A DNA stretch of 64,000 nt from Octopus sinensis (GCF_006345805.1 NC_043012.1:37386001-37450000), one strand, 5' to 3'. Counted from the first letter of the stretch, positions 15,295 to 29,007 are shown. The notes: a model not told the origin generated them from the letters alone. Numbers and translations are program-made.

Positions 15295-15570
15295 TATATT
15301 TACATACATATATATATATTATAATTCTCTTTATCTTTTATTAAACTTTTAATACTTTTTGATAGTTATATTTTTTAAAGTATTAAAATAAATAAATAGA
15401 TAAATAAATAAATTAAATAATATATATATATATTTAAAAATAAATTTAAATTTATGTATGTATGTATGTATGTACATATATCTATATGAATATATATATA
15501 TGTATGTATGTATATGTATGTATGTATGTATGTATGTACATATATCTATATGAATATATATATATATAAG
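14338..15570. repeat. Compound (TA)n/(TATG)n microsatellite; similar tracts at ~1-110, 2300-2910, 16960-17400, 27300-27520, 27780-28370, 28880-29430, 62140-63130
   Basis: Direct inspection; the source of the YI/MY-repeat ORFs. Confidence 0.95.
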
Positions 15571-16955
15571 GTACGTGCCATCAGTAATTATTCAGAGTTG
15601 ACAGTTGGTGACGTTTATGTAGTAAAAAAATAAGCAAAACACAGGTGTGTGACTGAGTTGAAGGCAGATTTACTTCTGCCTTTATAAAACGTAAAGAAAA
15701 CATTGTTGTAGGAGTGTACGCAGCATGTGTACTACAGCAGTTCTATGCATAGCTTTAATACTGAGATTGAAAGGCAGGGGTGAATTATGCCTACCTAATC
15801 TACAAAAAAATGAAATATTTTGTATTTTATGCATAATAACGGAGTAACCTTCATAATTTTTTTGAATTCGGTGCAGATTTTGCCATAAAAGGAAACTGTT
15901 GCTATCGATCTATTTTATTCAAGGTAGGCACTGCCTACCTTGCCTACCCAGGTGGCACAACCCTGATATTTATAGGCGCAGGCATGGTTGTGTGGTAAGA
16001 AGCTTGCCTTCCCATTTCATGGTTCTGGGTTCAGTCCCACTGCATGGAACCTTAGTCTCGGGCCAACCAAAGCTTTGTGAGTGGATTTGATAGATGGTAA
16101 TTGTAAGAAACCTATCATATATGTGTCTGTGTGTCTTTGTGCCTGTGTTTATCCCTTGCCACTGCTTGACAACCGATGTTGGTGTGTTTATGTCCTCATA
16201 ACTTAGCTTTTCTGCAAAAGTGGCTGATAGAACAAGTTCCAGGGTTAATCATTCGATTAAAATTCTTCAAGTTGGTGCCCCAGCATGGCCACACTCTAAT
16301 GACTGAAACAAGTAAATAATAACAAGATAGATGTGCGCGTGTGTGTGTGTATGTATCTATAGACATATATGTTATATATATATGTATGTATATATAAATC
16401 TATATTAATGTGTGTATATATATATATATCATCATCATCATTGTTAAGCGTCCGTTTTCCATGCTAGCATGGGTTGGATGGTTCAACTGGGGTCTGGGAA
16501 GCCAGAAGGCTGCACCAGGCCCAGTTTGATCTAGCAATGTTTCTACGGCTGGATGCCCTTCCTAACACCAACCACTCCATGAGTGTAGTGGGTGCTTTTT
16601 ACGTGCCACCGGCACAGGTGCCAGACGAGGCTGGCAACGGCCACAGTCGGATTGGTGTATTTTATGTGCCACCGGCACGGAAGCCAGTCGAGGCGGCGCT
16701 GGCATCGACCACGAGTCGGATAGTGCTTTTTACGTACCACCAGACCAGGGATCCTGGCTGTTTCTATTCGATTTTGATTTCGCTTTCGCTTGCCTCAACA
16801 TGTCTTCGCAAGCAAAGGGGGTTGGCATGGGTGCCTGTCGTCGGATGAGGTTCTATATCGACTTCGCTTGCCTCAACAGGTCTTTGTGTCCAAGAGAGGA
16901 AAGGCATTCATAAGTGGGCTGGGCTCACTTGTCCTGCCTGGTCTTCTCACGTACA

Positions 16956-16989
<34 letters not shown>

Positions 16990-17330
16990 CCTCATATTAT
17001 ATGTATATATATGTATATATATATATACATACATACATCTATATATATATATAGATATATATATACATATATATATCTATATATAATACATATATATATA
17101 TACACATATATACATATCATACATATTAATACAATACATACATATATATATATATAGATATATATATGTATGTATATATATATGTATGTATGTATATATA
17201 TATGTATCTGTGTATATATGTATGGATATATATATGTATGTGTATAAATATATAGATATGTATGTAATTATATATATAATATGTATATATATATATATAT
17301 ATTTATGTATATATGATGTATATATATGTA

Positions 17331-17365
<35 letters not shown>

Positions 17366-18470
17366 TTTATACATATATATATATAATATATATATATATA
17401 ATCAGTACGTGCCATCAGTAATTATTCAGTAGACAGTTTGGTGACGTTTATGTAGTAAAGAAATAAGCAAAACACAGGTGTGTGACTGAGTTGAAGGCAG
17501 ATTTACTTCTGCCTTTATAAACGTAAAGAAAACATTGTTTGTAGGAGTGTACGCATCATGTGTACTACAGCAGTTCTATGCATAGCTTTAATACTGAGAT
17601 TGAAAGGCAGGGGTGAATTATGCCTACCTAATCTATGCAAAAATCAAATATTTTGCATTTTATGCATAGTAATCAGAGTAACCTTCATAATTTTATTGAA
17701 TTAGGTGCATATTTTGCCATAAAAGGAAACTGTTGCTATCGATCTATTTTATTCAAGGTAGGCACTGCCTGCCTTGCCTACCTCGGTGGCGCATCCCTGA
17801 TATATATAGGCACAGGCATGGTTGTGTGGTAAGAAGCTTGCCTTCCCATTTCATGGTTCTGGGTTTAGTCCCACTGCATGGAACCTTAGGCTTGTGTCTT
17901 CTATTATAGTCTCGGGCCAGCCAAAGCTTTGTGAGTGGATTTGATAGATGGTAATTGTAAGAAACCTATCATATATGTGTCTGTGTTTATCCCTTACCAC
18001 TGCTTGACAACCGATGTTGGTGTGTTTATGTCCTCATAACTTAGCTTTTCTGCAAAAGTGGCTCATAGAACAAGTTCCATTCGATTAAAATTCTTCATGT
18101 TGGTGCCCCAGCATGGCCACACTCTAATGACTGAAACAAGTAAATAATAACAAGATAGATGTGCGCGCGTGTGTGTGTGTATGTATCTATAGACATATAT
18201 GTTATATATATATGTATGTATATATAAATCTATATTAATGTGTGTATATATATATATATCATCATCATCATTGTTAAGCGTCCGTTTTCCATGCTAGCAT
18301 GGGTTGGATGGTTCAACTGGGGTCTGGGAAGCCAGAAGGCTGCACCAGGCCCAGTTTGATCCGGCAATGTTTCTACGGCTGGATGCCCTTCCTAACACCA
18401 ACCACTCCATGAGTGTAGTGGGTGCTTTTACGTGCCCACCACAGGTGCCAGACGAGTCTGGCAAACGGCC
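15571..18470. repeat. Tandem segmental duplication: 15571-~16640 repeated at 17405-~18470
   Basis: Both start gtacgtgccatcagtaattattcag after a (TA)n tract and run near-identically through unique sequence, a family B SINE and an RTE tail. Confidence 0.9.
16430..16955 (-). mobile_element. RTE 3'-UTR/(GAT)n-tail fragment; further copies at ~18260-18740, 21050-21510, 21567-21720, 21786-21880, 27183-27300, 27990-28045
   Basis: Shares catcatcatcgtttaacgtccgctttccatgctagcatgggttggacgg... with the 3' end of the RTE at 19455-20610. Confidence 0.8.
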
Positions 18471-19149
18471 ACGATCGGATGGTGCTTTTTATGTGCCACC
18501 GGCACGGGGGCCAGGCGAGGCTGGCAACGGCCACGAACGGATGTACTTTTTACGTGCCAGTCGGGGCGGTGCTGGCAACGGCCACAAAGGAATGGTTCTC
18601 TTACGTGCCACCGGCACTGGTAACTCAGCTGCAATTTCCATTGATCGATTTTGATTCTGATTCTCACTTGCCTCAACAGGTCTTCACAAGTAGAGTTTTG
18701 TGTCCCAAGAAGGAAGGTATGCATAAGTGGGCTGGCTACACTTATATATATATATATTATATATATATATATGTATGTTGGATCTTGTATCCAAAAGATA
18801 AGCATACTCTAAGGAATAGAGCAGTAATGTATTTCCATGCAATTAAGAGATGTCCAGTCAGAGTGACCAGAGGTTTCTCCACATCCATAAAGTGCTCGGC
18901 CTTTTTGACGTTTTGTGAGACACAATGGCAGATGCATCCACCACTGAGTTTGAAGAGCCATCATTAATCCTAAATCCAAACGGTTTTGCATCTATGAAGT
19001 GCTTATCTTTACATATGTCACGTCACACCGTAATGGCCAGTGGCCTGTAGCCGTTCTACAAATTGGTGGGAGAAAAGGCTGCACGGCCAGTTTTTGAATA
19101 CATCAACAAAGAAGGGTCAAGTGCAAAGGATTGTCTCCCTTAGACCACT

Positions 19150-19447
19150 CCCTGGAACCCATCCTGTCAGCTTGCAGGTGCCGGAATTTTAGTCGGAATC
19201 ACCAGAAGTGTAAGCAGAGCCTGAAGATTCCCATCTTGGAATTTAAGATGTTCTCAAGATTGAAGGCATTCTTTAATAGGCTCACCTGTTCCACTATGCA
19301 CAGTTTGCAATGCTTGCTTTCATTGATGTAGGGACCTCGTTTTTGTAGGATCTTCCATGTGATTACATATGGTGTCCTTTCGTCCTTCAGGTGCCACATG
19401 TGGCTGGCCAAGGATGTGGCATAACATCTCTCCAGGTTCCTAAACAA
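19150..19447 (-). mobile_element. Penelope-like element GIY-YIG endonuclease C-terminal fragment
   Basis: FRNLERCYATSLASHMWHLKDERTPYVITWKILQKRGPYINESKHCKLCIVEQ...LNSKMGIFRLCLH resembles the PLE pattern (T.LS.H.W.LKD...Y.I.WKI....PY......C.LC..EK...LN.R.E....C.H). Confidence 0.75.
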
Positions 19448-19454
19448 GTATTAT

Positions 19455-20610
19455 ATCATCATCATCATCATCGTTTATCGTCCGTTCTCCATGCTAGCAT
19501 GGGTTGGACGGTTCGACCGGGGATCTGGGAAGCCAGAAGGCTGCACCAGGCTCCAGTCGATCTGGCAGTGTTTCTACAGCTGGATGCCCTTCCTAACGCC
19601 AACCACTCCGTGAGTGTATGGGTGCTTTTTACGTGCCACGTGCACAGGTGCCAGGCGGGGGCTGGCAACGGCCACGGTCAGATTGGTGTATTTTATGTGC
19701 CACCGGCACGGAAGCCAGTCGAGGCGGTGCTGGCATCGGCCACGAGTCGGATAGTGCTTTTTACGTACGTACCACCAACCAGGGATCCTGGCTGTTCAAT
19801 TCGATTTCGATTTCGCTTGCCCCAACATGTCTTCACAAGCAAAGGGGGTTGGCATGGTGCCTGTCGTACGGTCGCATTGGAGTATTTTACGTGCCACGGC
19901 CACGAGTCGGCAGTGCGTTTTTACGTAACCACCAGGCCAGGGTCCTGGCTGGTTCAATTCGGTTTCGATTTCGATTTCGCTTGCCCCAACATGTCTTCGC
20001 AACATGGGGGGTTGGCATGGTGTCTGTCATCAAGGATGAGGTTCTATATCGACTTCGCTTGCCTCAACAGGTCTTTGTGTCCAAGGGAGGAAAGGCATTC
20101 ATAATGGGCTGGGCTCACTTGTCCTGCCTGGTCTTCTCACGTACAGAATATTTCCAAAGGTCTCGGTCGCTGGTCATTTCCTCAGTGAGGCCTACAGTTC
20201 GAAGGTCGTGCTTCACCACCTCGTCCCAGGTTTTCCTGGGTCTAACTCTTCCACGGGTTCCCTCAACTGCTAGGGATTGGCACTTTCTCACACACCCTAT
20301 CTTCATCCATTCTCGCCACATGACCATACCCAGAATCGTCTCTCTTGCACACCACAACTGATGCTTCTTAGGTACAACATTTCTTCTCAAGGTGCTAACG
20401 CTCTGTCGAGTATGTACACTGACATACACATCCATCGGAGCATACTGGCTTCATTCCTCACGAGCTTACGCATGTCCTCAGCAGTCACGGCCCATGTTTC
20501 ACTGCCATGTAGCATGGCTGTTCGTACACACGCATCATACAGTCTGCCTTTTACTCTGAGCGAGAGGCCTTTAGTCACCAGCAGAGGTAAGAGCTCCCTA
20601 AACTTTGCCC
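19455..20610 (-). mobile_element. 5'-truncated RTE-clade LINE: end of ORF, 3' UTR with internal tandem repeats, (GAT)n tail
   Basis: Minus-strand peptides LYDACVRTAMLHGSETWAVTAEDMRKL and CQSLAVEGTRGRVRPRKTWDEVVKHDLRTVGLTEEMTSDRDLW are typical of the RTE ORF C-terminus; (CAT)n at 19455-19470. Confidence 0.85.
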
Positions 20611-21017
20611 ATATATATATAATACTTGGCTGTGTGGTAAGTAGCTTGCCTACCAACCACATGGTTCCGGGTTCAGTCCCACTGCGTGGCATCTTGGGCA
20701 AGTGTCTCCTACTATAGCCTCGGGCTGACCAATGCCTTGTGAGTGGATTTGGTAGACGGAAACTGAAAGAAGCCTGTCGTATATATGTATATATGTGTGT
20801 GTCTGTGTTTGTCCCTCTAGCATTGGTTGACAACTGATGCTGGTGTGTTTACGTCCCTGTCACTTAGCGGTTCGGCAAAAGAACCAATAGAATAAGTACT
20901 GGGCTTACAAAGAATATAAGTCGGGGTTGATTTGCTCGACTAAAGGCGGGCTCCAACATGGCCGCAGTCAAATGACTGAAACAAGTAAAATAGTATATAT
21001 ATATATATATATACATC

Positions 21018-21049
<32 letters not shown>

Positions 21050-21723
21050 CATCATCATCATCGTTTAACGTCCGCTTTCCATGCTAGCATGGTTTGGACG
21101 ATTTGACTGAGGTCAGGCGAACCAGATGGCTACACCAGATTCCAATCTGATCTGGCAGAGTTTCTACAGCTGGATGCCCTTCCTAACGCCAACTACTCTG
21201 AGAGTGTAGTGGGTGCTTTTACGTGCCACTGGCATGAGGGCCAGTTAGGTGGTACTGGCAACGGCCATGCTCAAATGGTGCTTTTTATGTCCCACCTGCA
21301 CAGGAGCTAGTCCAGCAGCACTGGCAACGACCTCGCTTAAATGTTTTTGTTACGTGCCACCAGCACAAGTGCCAGTAAGGTGATGCAGGTAACAATCACG
21401 CTCGAATGGGGTTTTCACCGTGCCATTGGCACGGATGCCAGCTTGTTGCTCTGGCAACAATCTCACTCGTATGGCACTCTTAGCACTCCACTAGCATGGA
21501 TGCCAGTCACTCGAATTTATATATATATATAAATATATATATAATATATATATATTATATATATATCATCATCATCATCGTTTCGTCCCGCTTTCCATGC
21601 TAGCATGGGTTGGACGGTCAACTGGGGTCTGGAAGCCAGAAGGCTGCACCAGGCCCAGTCTGATCAGGCAATGTTCCTACGGCTGGATGCCCTTCCTAAC
21701 GCCAACCACTCCATGAGTGTAGA

Positions 21724-21756
<33 letters not shown>

Positions 21757-22552
21757 ATACTGTGTCGGTACTTTAGCAGTGTATATTATCATCATCATCA
21801 TTTAATGCCCAGCTTTCCTGCTGGTATGGGTTTGATGGTTTGACAAGATCTGCCAAGGCAGACAACTGCATCTGGCCCCATTAAGGGCTTAGTGCAATGA
21901 CTTGCCCAGGCTTCTCAACGATCAAGGGACCCAGTTTTTAACCATGTGTGTTGTGGCTTGCTATCAATAAATAAATATTACAGGGTCCAGTGAAATGGTT
22001 TGTTCAGAGAGCCCATGAATAATGCCATGATGGCCCTGAGCCTTTTAGGTTGTGCAAAGTGATGGCAAAACAGAAACCTGTGCCAATTCTACCATTAGCA
22101 CCAAAAACTGTTGCCTTTATTCTTGAACAAACACAAGGAATTTCAAATAAAGACTCGTTGATAACCATTTGATCATTTTGACTAAATTTCTGTCTATTTC
22201 TGTTTTGCTGCTGGAACGACTCGAAAAGCCTGGCTTGTCTGCTAGAATAGTTACAGAATGGTTTGGGCCTGACGCCTGCAAAATGAAGTTCTGGGTATGT
22301 TTGGTGAAAAAGAAATAGAAAACACTGACAGGATGATCACGGAGGGAAGGCCTTATAGACTGAGTAAATCAGTGATGGGTTAAAGCTAAACAATAACAAC
22401 AACAAGGTGGGTAAACCTCAACGAAAACGTTTTGCTGATGAAGGTTTGGACTTCAAATAAAGATGCTCTAAGGAGATAATTTCAAGGGGGAACTACTGCT
22501 AAATATGTTATTAAATTATTGTACGTGTGTGGTGTGTGCGTGTGTATGTATA

Positions 22553-22610
<58 letters not shown>

Positions 22611-22804
22611 CGCAGGAGTGGCTGTGTAGTAAGTAGCTTGCTCATCAACCACATGGTCCTGGGTTCAGTCCCACTGTGTAGCCCTGGGCAAGTGTCTTCT
22701 ACTATAGCCTCGGGCCGACCAAAGCATTGTGAGTGGATTTGGTAGACGGAAACTGAAAGAAGCCCGTCGTATATATATATATATATGCGAATGTGTGTGT
22801 GTGT

Positions 22805-23146
22805 GAAAAGCACTGCTGTTCTGTGCCTGACTGGTTTTGAACTAGTTGCTCTCATGCTCCCTATTCTCCCTATTCTCCTGATTTGACCCCATTTGACTAT
22901 CGTCCGTTCCCCAACAGGAAAAACTGTGTCACAGAGAGGATGATGATGTCCTGTCTGCTGTTGATGACTTTCTGAACAGCAGGATGAAAAGCTTCTTCAC
23001 TCATGGGGGGGGGGGATCCAAGCACTGCGACATCGATGGAAGAAGTGTGTGGGGGCCTTAAGGGGAATTACGTTGTGAATTAAACCTCAATTGTTCACAT
23101 TCCACGAAGGTGCACTAGCGTATGAACTTTTCAGCCGACCCTTGTA
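22805..23146 (+). mobile_element. Mariner (Tc1/mariner) transposase 3' end with terminal inverted repeat
   Basis: PYSPDLTPFDY motif, then frameshifted DDDVLSAVDDFLN...QALRHRWKKCV; ends aacttttcagccgaccct followed by TA. Confidence 0.8.
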
Positions 23147-23178
23147 TATCTGATGCAATAGGATTAATTTGAGGATCA

Positions 23179-23396
23179 TTAACCCATTCATTGCCAACCT
23201 GGCTCTGGCTCTGTAGTACAAGTGTCTTGTTTTCATAAGTTTTAAATTAAAATCTTCCACCAAGCCTTAGTCACAATTTATGTTCCTAACACTAGCTTAA
23301 TGATAACTAAGTTATTTTACTAAATTCTTTGTCATATTTAAAGGGATTGAAAGAAACACAGAGCATCTCGAAATAAATACAGTAAGAAAAGGGTTA
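23179..23396. mobile_element. piggyBac-like MITE
   Basis: Termini ttaaccc...aaagggtta with AT-rich non-coding interior. Confidence 0.5.
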
Positions 23397-23981
23397 CTAA
23401 GATAATTATTCATCATAACAGCAAAAATCATAAAGTTTATGACAACAAAACTTATATGTAACAAATAATTAAAGACAAACAATTAACGATGTAGATTAAT
23501 TGTAAGCCTGACCAAGTCATTTCTGAAAGCCTCATTAATATGTGTCAACCCTTTTGTTACCATCTTTGTCCTTTAATACCCTGTGTTTCTTGTAATCAAT
23601 CTTGGAAATGGGCAATTCAAGAAAAGAGTTCCACATTTCTTCATTCTCAGTCGGTTCTGGCAGCTCGTAACTTGAACGTGCTGGTTGCTGTTGTCTTTCA
23701 TAGTCAGAGTACCTCTCCTCCTTTCGTGTGCTCAAGGCAGACGGGATTCACAAGAGTAAGCAGACTCTGAGACGCAGTGGTGTTGTGGACCTCATTGTGT
23801 CCCTTTTTGGTCACAGCTGCCACTGATTGATGAATCTAAACAAGAGCTGAGGTTCCTCTTCATAGGAATCAGTAAACAAATTTCTTTCTGATACCTTCTG
23901 ATGTCTGCCAAACAGGAAAATAATTCATGGGGTACAGCAAGAATCCTAATGACAACACGTCCATTTTCAATACATCCTATT

Positions 23982-24376
23982 TCTTTATTGCCCACAAGGG
24001 GCTAAACACAGAGGGGACAAACAAGGACAGACAAACGGGTTGAGTCGATTACATGGACCCCAGAGCGTAACTGGTACTTAATTTATCGACCCCGAAAGGA
24101 TGAAAGGCAAAGTCGATGGCAACTATCAGATACTGCATTTTCTTATTTCTTTATTGCCCGCAAGGGGCTAAACATAGAGGGGACAAACAAGGACAGACAA
24201 AGGGATTAAGTCAATTACATCGACCCCAGTGCGTAACTGGTACTTAATTTATCGACCCCGACAGGATGAAAGGCAAAGTCGATCTTGGCTAAATTTAAAC
24301 TTAGAATGTAACGGCAGACAAAATATCGCTAAGCATTTCGCCCGGCGTGCTAACATTTCTGATAGCTCGCTGCCTT
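23982..24376 (-). mobile_element. SINE family A, one full copy plus a duplicated 3' half
   Basis: Reverse complement of family A; the full copy is flanked by gatactg(c/t)atttt. Confidence 0.8.
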
Positions 24377-25093
24377 CGATACTGTATTTTCTGGCATATA
24401 AGTGAAATTTATCAGACCTGAATTTACAACTAAAAAACGTAGGTTGACTTATACACCAAGATGACTTTGGAGAACCAAAAATTCCATATGGAATGCTGCA
24501 GGAAAGATAGTGAAGAAGTTTGAAGATTTACACGTTTACACTATCTGCCGTATTGACTTGTATGCTCAGAAAATATGAGATTCATGCTTGAACTTGCCAG
24601 AAACTGTATTGAGAATGAACACATGTGATTTTCTTTGAATTCATTTTGCTCTGTGTTCTTGAATGAAGAAAATGATTTTGTAAGTATTCTGCAGGTGTTG
24701 TTAGGAGCATAAACAAACATGGAATTTTGTTGTGAGATTTTAATTTAGATAACTTTAAAACAAAAAATTTGCATGATAGAATCAAGATTGGCTTTTGGTA
24801 TCAATTAGGTTCAAATGAGTTTTTGAAATTGGAAAATGAGAATCTTGGATGGTTATGCTTTGATGGTAAGAGGTTCTGTATCTTTTATCCTTTCTCTTTT
24901 AAACTGACTTCACATATTGGGCTGTGGCCATGCTGGGGCATTGCTTTGTAGGGTTCAGTTGAATGAATCGGCACCAGCACTTATTTTGTAAGCGTGGTTT
25001 TTATTCCATCAGTCTCTTTTACCAAACTGCTAAGTTACTGAGGCATAAACAAACCCAAACTGCTTGTTTAGTGATGTCGGGAGGTAAGCACAA

Positions 25094-25127
<34 letters not shown>

Positions 25128-25800
25128 ACATACACACACACTCACATACACACACACGTACACACACACACACACACATGTACACACACACACGTACATA
25201 CAAACACACACACACGTACATACACAAGTATATATACATGTTATGGTGGTCTTCTTTCAGTTTCTGCCCACCAAATCTACTCACAAGAAGATGCTTGTCC
25301 AAGGTGGCACACAGGGGGACTGAACACAGAACCTTGTGGTTTGGAACCTAGCTTCTTATCACCACACAGGATTATTTAAATTTATCTTTTGAAGGATGCA
25401 AAACTCGACCAACGAGGATTCATTTTTAAACAATGCTGTAGTTGTTTGTTGTATTGTGTTTATTCAGATGTGTTTATTGATAAAAAAAAACAAAAAAAAC
25501 AGAAGAAAGACATTTCACAGATTAAAAGATAATTCACAGATTATAAAGAAGAGACAATTCACAGATTATTAGATCATTAGTAAACTTTACAAGTGAATTT
25601 ATTCCACATTTTAACATGGATTACAGTGAAATTCCAGAGTAAATGTCGTACAAATAAAGTCATGGGTGAGAAACTAGAATTAGAAAGACACCTCACAGAA
25701 TAGAAATATGTACAAAGGTACCAAAGGAAGATTCGGAGCAATGTTAGCATGCCTTAAAAGAAAAATTTTGGAATTTTCCAAGAACTAAATAATAATTTTG

Positions 25801-25814
25801 GTTGTCATGACAAC
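25801..25814. promoter_or_regulatory. Palindromic X-box (candidate RFX-binding site)
   Basis: GTTGTCATGACAAC fits the X-box consensus RTHNYY-WT-RRNRAC and lies within the 18-bp perfect palindrome tggttgtcatgacaacca. Confidence 0.4.
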
Positions 25815-27054
25815 CATAACATGCCACTAATGTTGCGTAATTTTTTTTCCAGTATTAATTAGAAACCATAACTGGGAGAGTGTATATACAAGAAGAATTA
25901 TAAGGAGGAATTGGTAATCTTGGGATATTGCTCGGAAATTCTTCCTCAATATTTATTATTGACAAAGAGTTTGGTTCTGTGTATTTTTTTCTTTTTTTTT
26001 TTTCAGATTATTTTTTTAAAATTCTGACTCTAAGCAATGTATATTAATTAGTCTAAATGATGGCAACTAATTACAGTTTTACTGAGAATCAAGTGAGTGA
26101 GTTTCGCACTGAACTGCAGGCAGAGAAATGACTCATGGTGGGGGTGGAGGGGAATATTCTCAGGGACACCTTCTCTATGTAGAACTAATAGTTAAGTCAG
26201 TACCAATATATTTAATACAGTAAACCACAAAAGTTTAATGAAGTTTTAAAATTATATCTGTAGCAAGAAGGGGGAAAAAAAATCAAAAGCTTAATTAATT
26301 CTGCATAAGAAATGCAAGGGAGACAACTGTGAAATTTAAATTAATTAAAAATCCATTGGTGGACAGGGAGCTTGATCTTTGACAAGTATTGGAGATAACT
26401 CAAGGCATGTTTCTGTCTTATTAGAACTCTTCAGTGAGGCATATGTTTGTATTGGTACTTGTCAGATCCAAAGATGCCCAAGGAATGGTTGAAGTATGGA
26501 ATTTTAAGTGCATAATTCTTGAACCAAATTGGGGTTCTGTAGTGGGATAATTAACTTTAACCTAATTAGTTATTTGTGAAGGTTGAAGTGAATGAAAAAT
26601 ATTTCTTTTGAAGTTTCAACCTGATTCTCAGGAACTGTCATTAGAGACATCAGAACTACAAGAAGAAGACGAAGAAGAAGATGAAGAAGAAGAAGAAGAA
26701 CAGCAACAACAACACTGAAACAACATACACAACAACAACAACAACAACAACAATAATAAAATGGTACCATGGAATTGGCGTCAGTTTGAGGAATCCAGCA
26801 GTTACCTCTTCATTGTCATAAATTCTGATATTACACAAAAATTTTCAGGATCGTTCTTCTGCTTTTAATTAAGTTTTATAATTAGTTCAAAGTAGATTAA
26901 TTAAGGAAATATTAGCATCTTGAAGGCAGATGCTTGAGAGATGGATGGTCAGAAGGATCCTAAGTCTTCTTAAGAAAATAAATTTGTAACGTGGTATTTG
27001 AAGCACATGTTACTAGCAACTGTGAAAATATTTGTATGTGCGTATCTGCATGTA

Positions 27055-27100
<46 letters not shown>

Positions 27101-27149
27101 CACACATATATATATATATATATATCTGTATATATATATATATACATAT

Positions 27150-27180
<31 letters not shown>

Positions 27181-27351
27181 ATATCATCATCATCATCATC
27201 ATCATTTAACGTCCGCTTTCCAAGCTAGCATGGGTTGGACGGTTCAACTGGGGTCTGGGGAGCCCGAAAGCTGCACCAGTCCAGTCAGATCTGGCATGTG
27301 TATATATATGTATATATATATATATGTGTATATATATGTATATATATATCC

Positions 27352-27383
<32 letters not shown>

Positions 27384-27391
27384 GTAATGTA

Positions 27392-27442
<51 letters not shown>

Positions 27443-27910
27443 GTATATATAGTATATATATATATATATATAATATATATATATATAATATATATGTATA
27501 TATACATACATATGTAACATAAAAATAAGAACTAGGCGCAGAGGGAAGCAAGTGAATTGGACAAGAAAAGCAGAAAAAGGACTCAAATACCTAGAAGTGT
27601 GGGTGTGTATGTGTTTGATAGATTTATATAGAATCTTTTCTACTCTAGGCACAAGGCCTGAGATTTTTGGGGAGGTGGGGGGGCAGTTGATTAAATCGAC
27701 CTCAGTACACAACTGGTACTTAATTTATCGACCCCGTAAAGATCAAAAGCAAAGTTGACCTCAGCGGAAGTAATAGATTTATATATAATGTCTGTATATA
27801 TGAATATATATGTATGTAGGTATGTATGTATGTGTATATATATACACACACACACATAAATTGATGTATATATACATATGCACACACACACACACATACA
27901 CACTCACAAT

Positions 27911-27951
<41 letters not shown>

Positions 27952-28092
27952 ATGTAAGTATATAATATACGTATATATGTATATGTATATATCATCATCA
28001 TCATCGTTTAGCATCCGTTTTCCATGCTAGCATGGGTTGGACCATATATATATATTATATATATACACATGTATATGCATATATTATGTATG

Positions 28093-28127
<35 letters not shown>

Positions 28128-28134
28128 GTGTATG

Positions 28135-28165
<31 letters not shown>

Positions 28166-28874
28166 TATATATACAATATATATATATATATATAGATGTG
28201 TGTGTATATGTATAAATAAATGTGTATATATATATGTATATATATTTATATATACATATATGTACATATATATATGTGTGTATATATATATATATGTATA
28301 TACATATGTATATATATATATATGTATATATATACATACATACATACATATATATATGTGTGTGTGTGTGTGTGCGTGAAAAGGTTGAATTATATTTCCC
28401 GAAAAGATTCCAAAGATGTTTTCTAAGAAAGATTCTTCATATTCTGCTTGTAGCTCACTGGCATAAGTTTGTGAATATGAAAATAATACTTGTATCTGAT
28501 GTGTTGTGAATTTATGGAAAGGAATCGCATAAAACTCAACAATTTCGTTAAACATGGAGAAGAGAAGATGTTAAAATATAGAAGAGAATTTTAATTCATG
28601 CAGGCGATCGTTTCATACAGCGATATAAAAATCATGCAAATTCATGGTTGAATAGACATAATTAAATCAATTAAATTAAATGAAATTAATTATAAATCAA
28701 AAGAAAACATTATTAAAAAGGACTTGATAAAGGAAATAGCAGAGAATCAGTTTTTTGGGATGTTCACATTTATCCTTATGAGACGTACGAGCATCATAAT
28801 AATGAATGGGAGTCTAGTGTGGTATAAACTGAAACACTCTCTTCAATTTTAACATCATCTATCTATCTATCTAT

Positions 28875-28909
<35 letters not shown>

Positions 28910-28968
28910 AACAATTGTGTTAAGTTTTATGGGATTCCCTTCCATAGATTCACATAACATACTATATA

Positions 28969-29007
<39 letters not shown>

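Noticed and set aside
19391-20361. Long + strand ORFs 19391..20104 and 19618..20361 (also 16474..16848, 18304..18654)
   Set aside because: Antisense readings of the GC-rich RTE 3' UTR; disrupted differently in each copy.
22413-22447. aaacct-caac-GAAAACGTTT-tg-CTGATGA-aggttt, a permuted hammerhead-like string
   Set aside because: No stem I can form between the cleavage triplet and CTGATGA; probably chance or a relic.
26632-26718. Acidic ELSLETSELQEEDEEEDEEEEEEQQQQH* after a cag acceptor
   Set aside because: Largely a (GAA)n/(CAA)n microsatellite; no partner exons.
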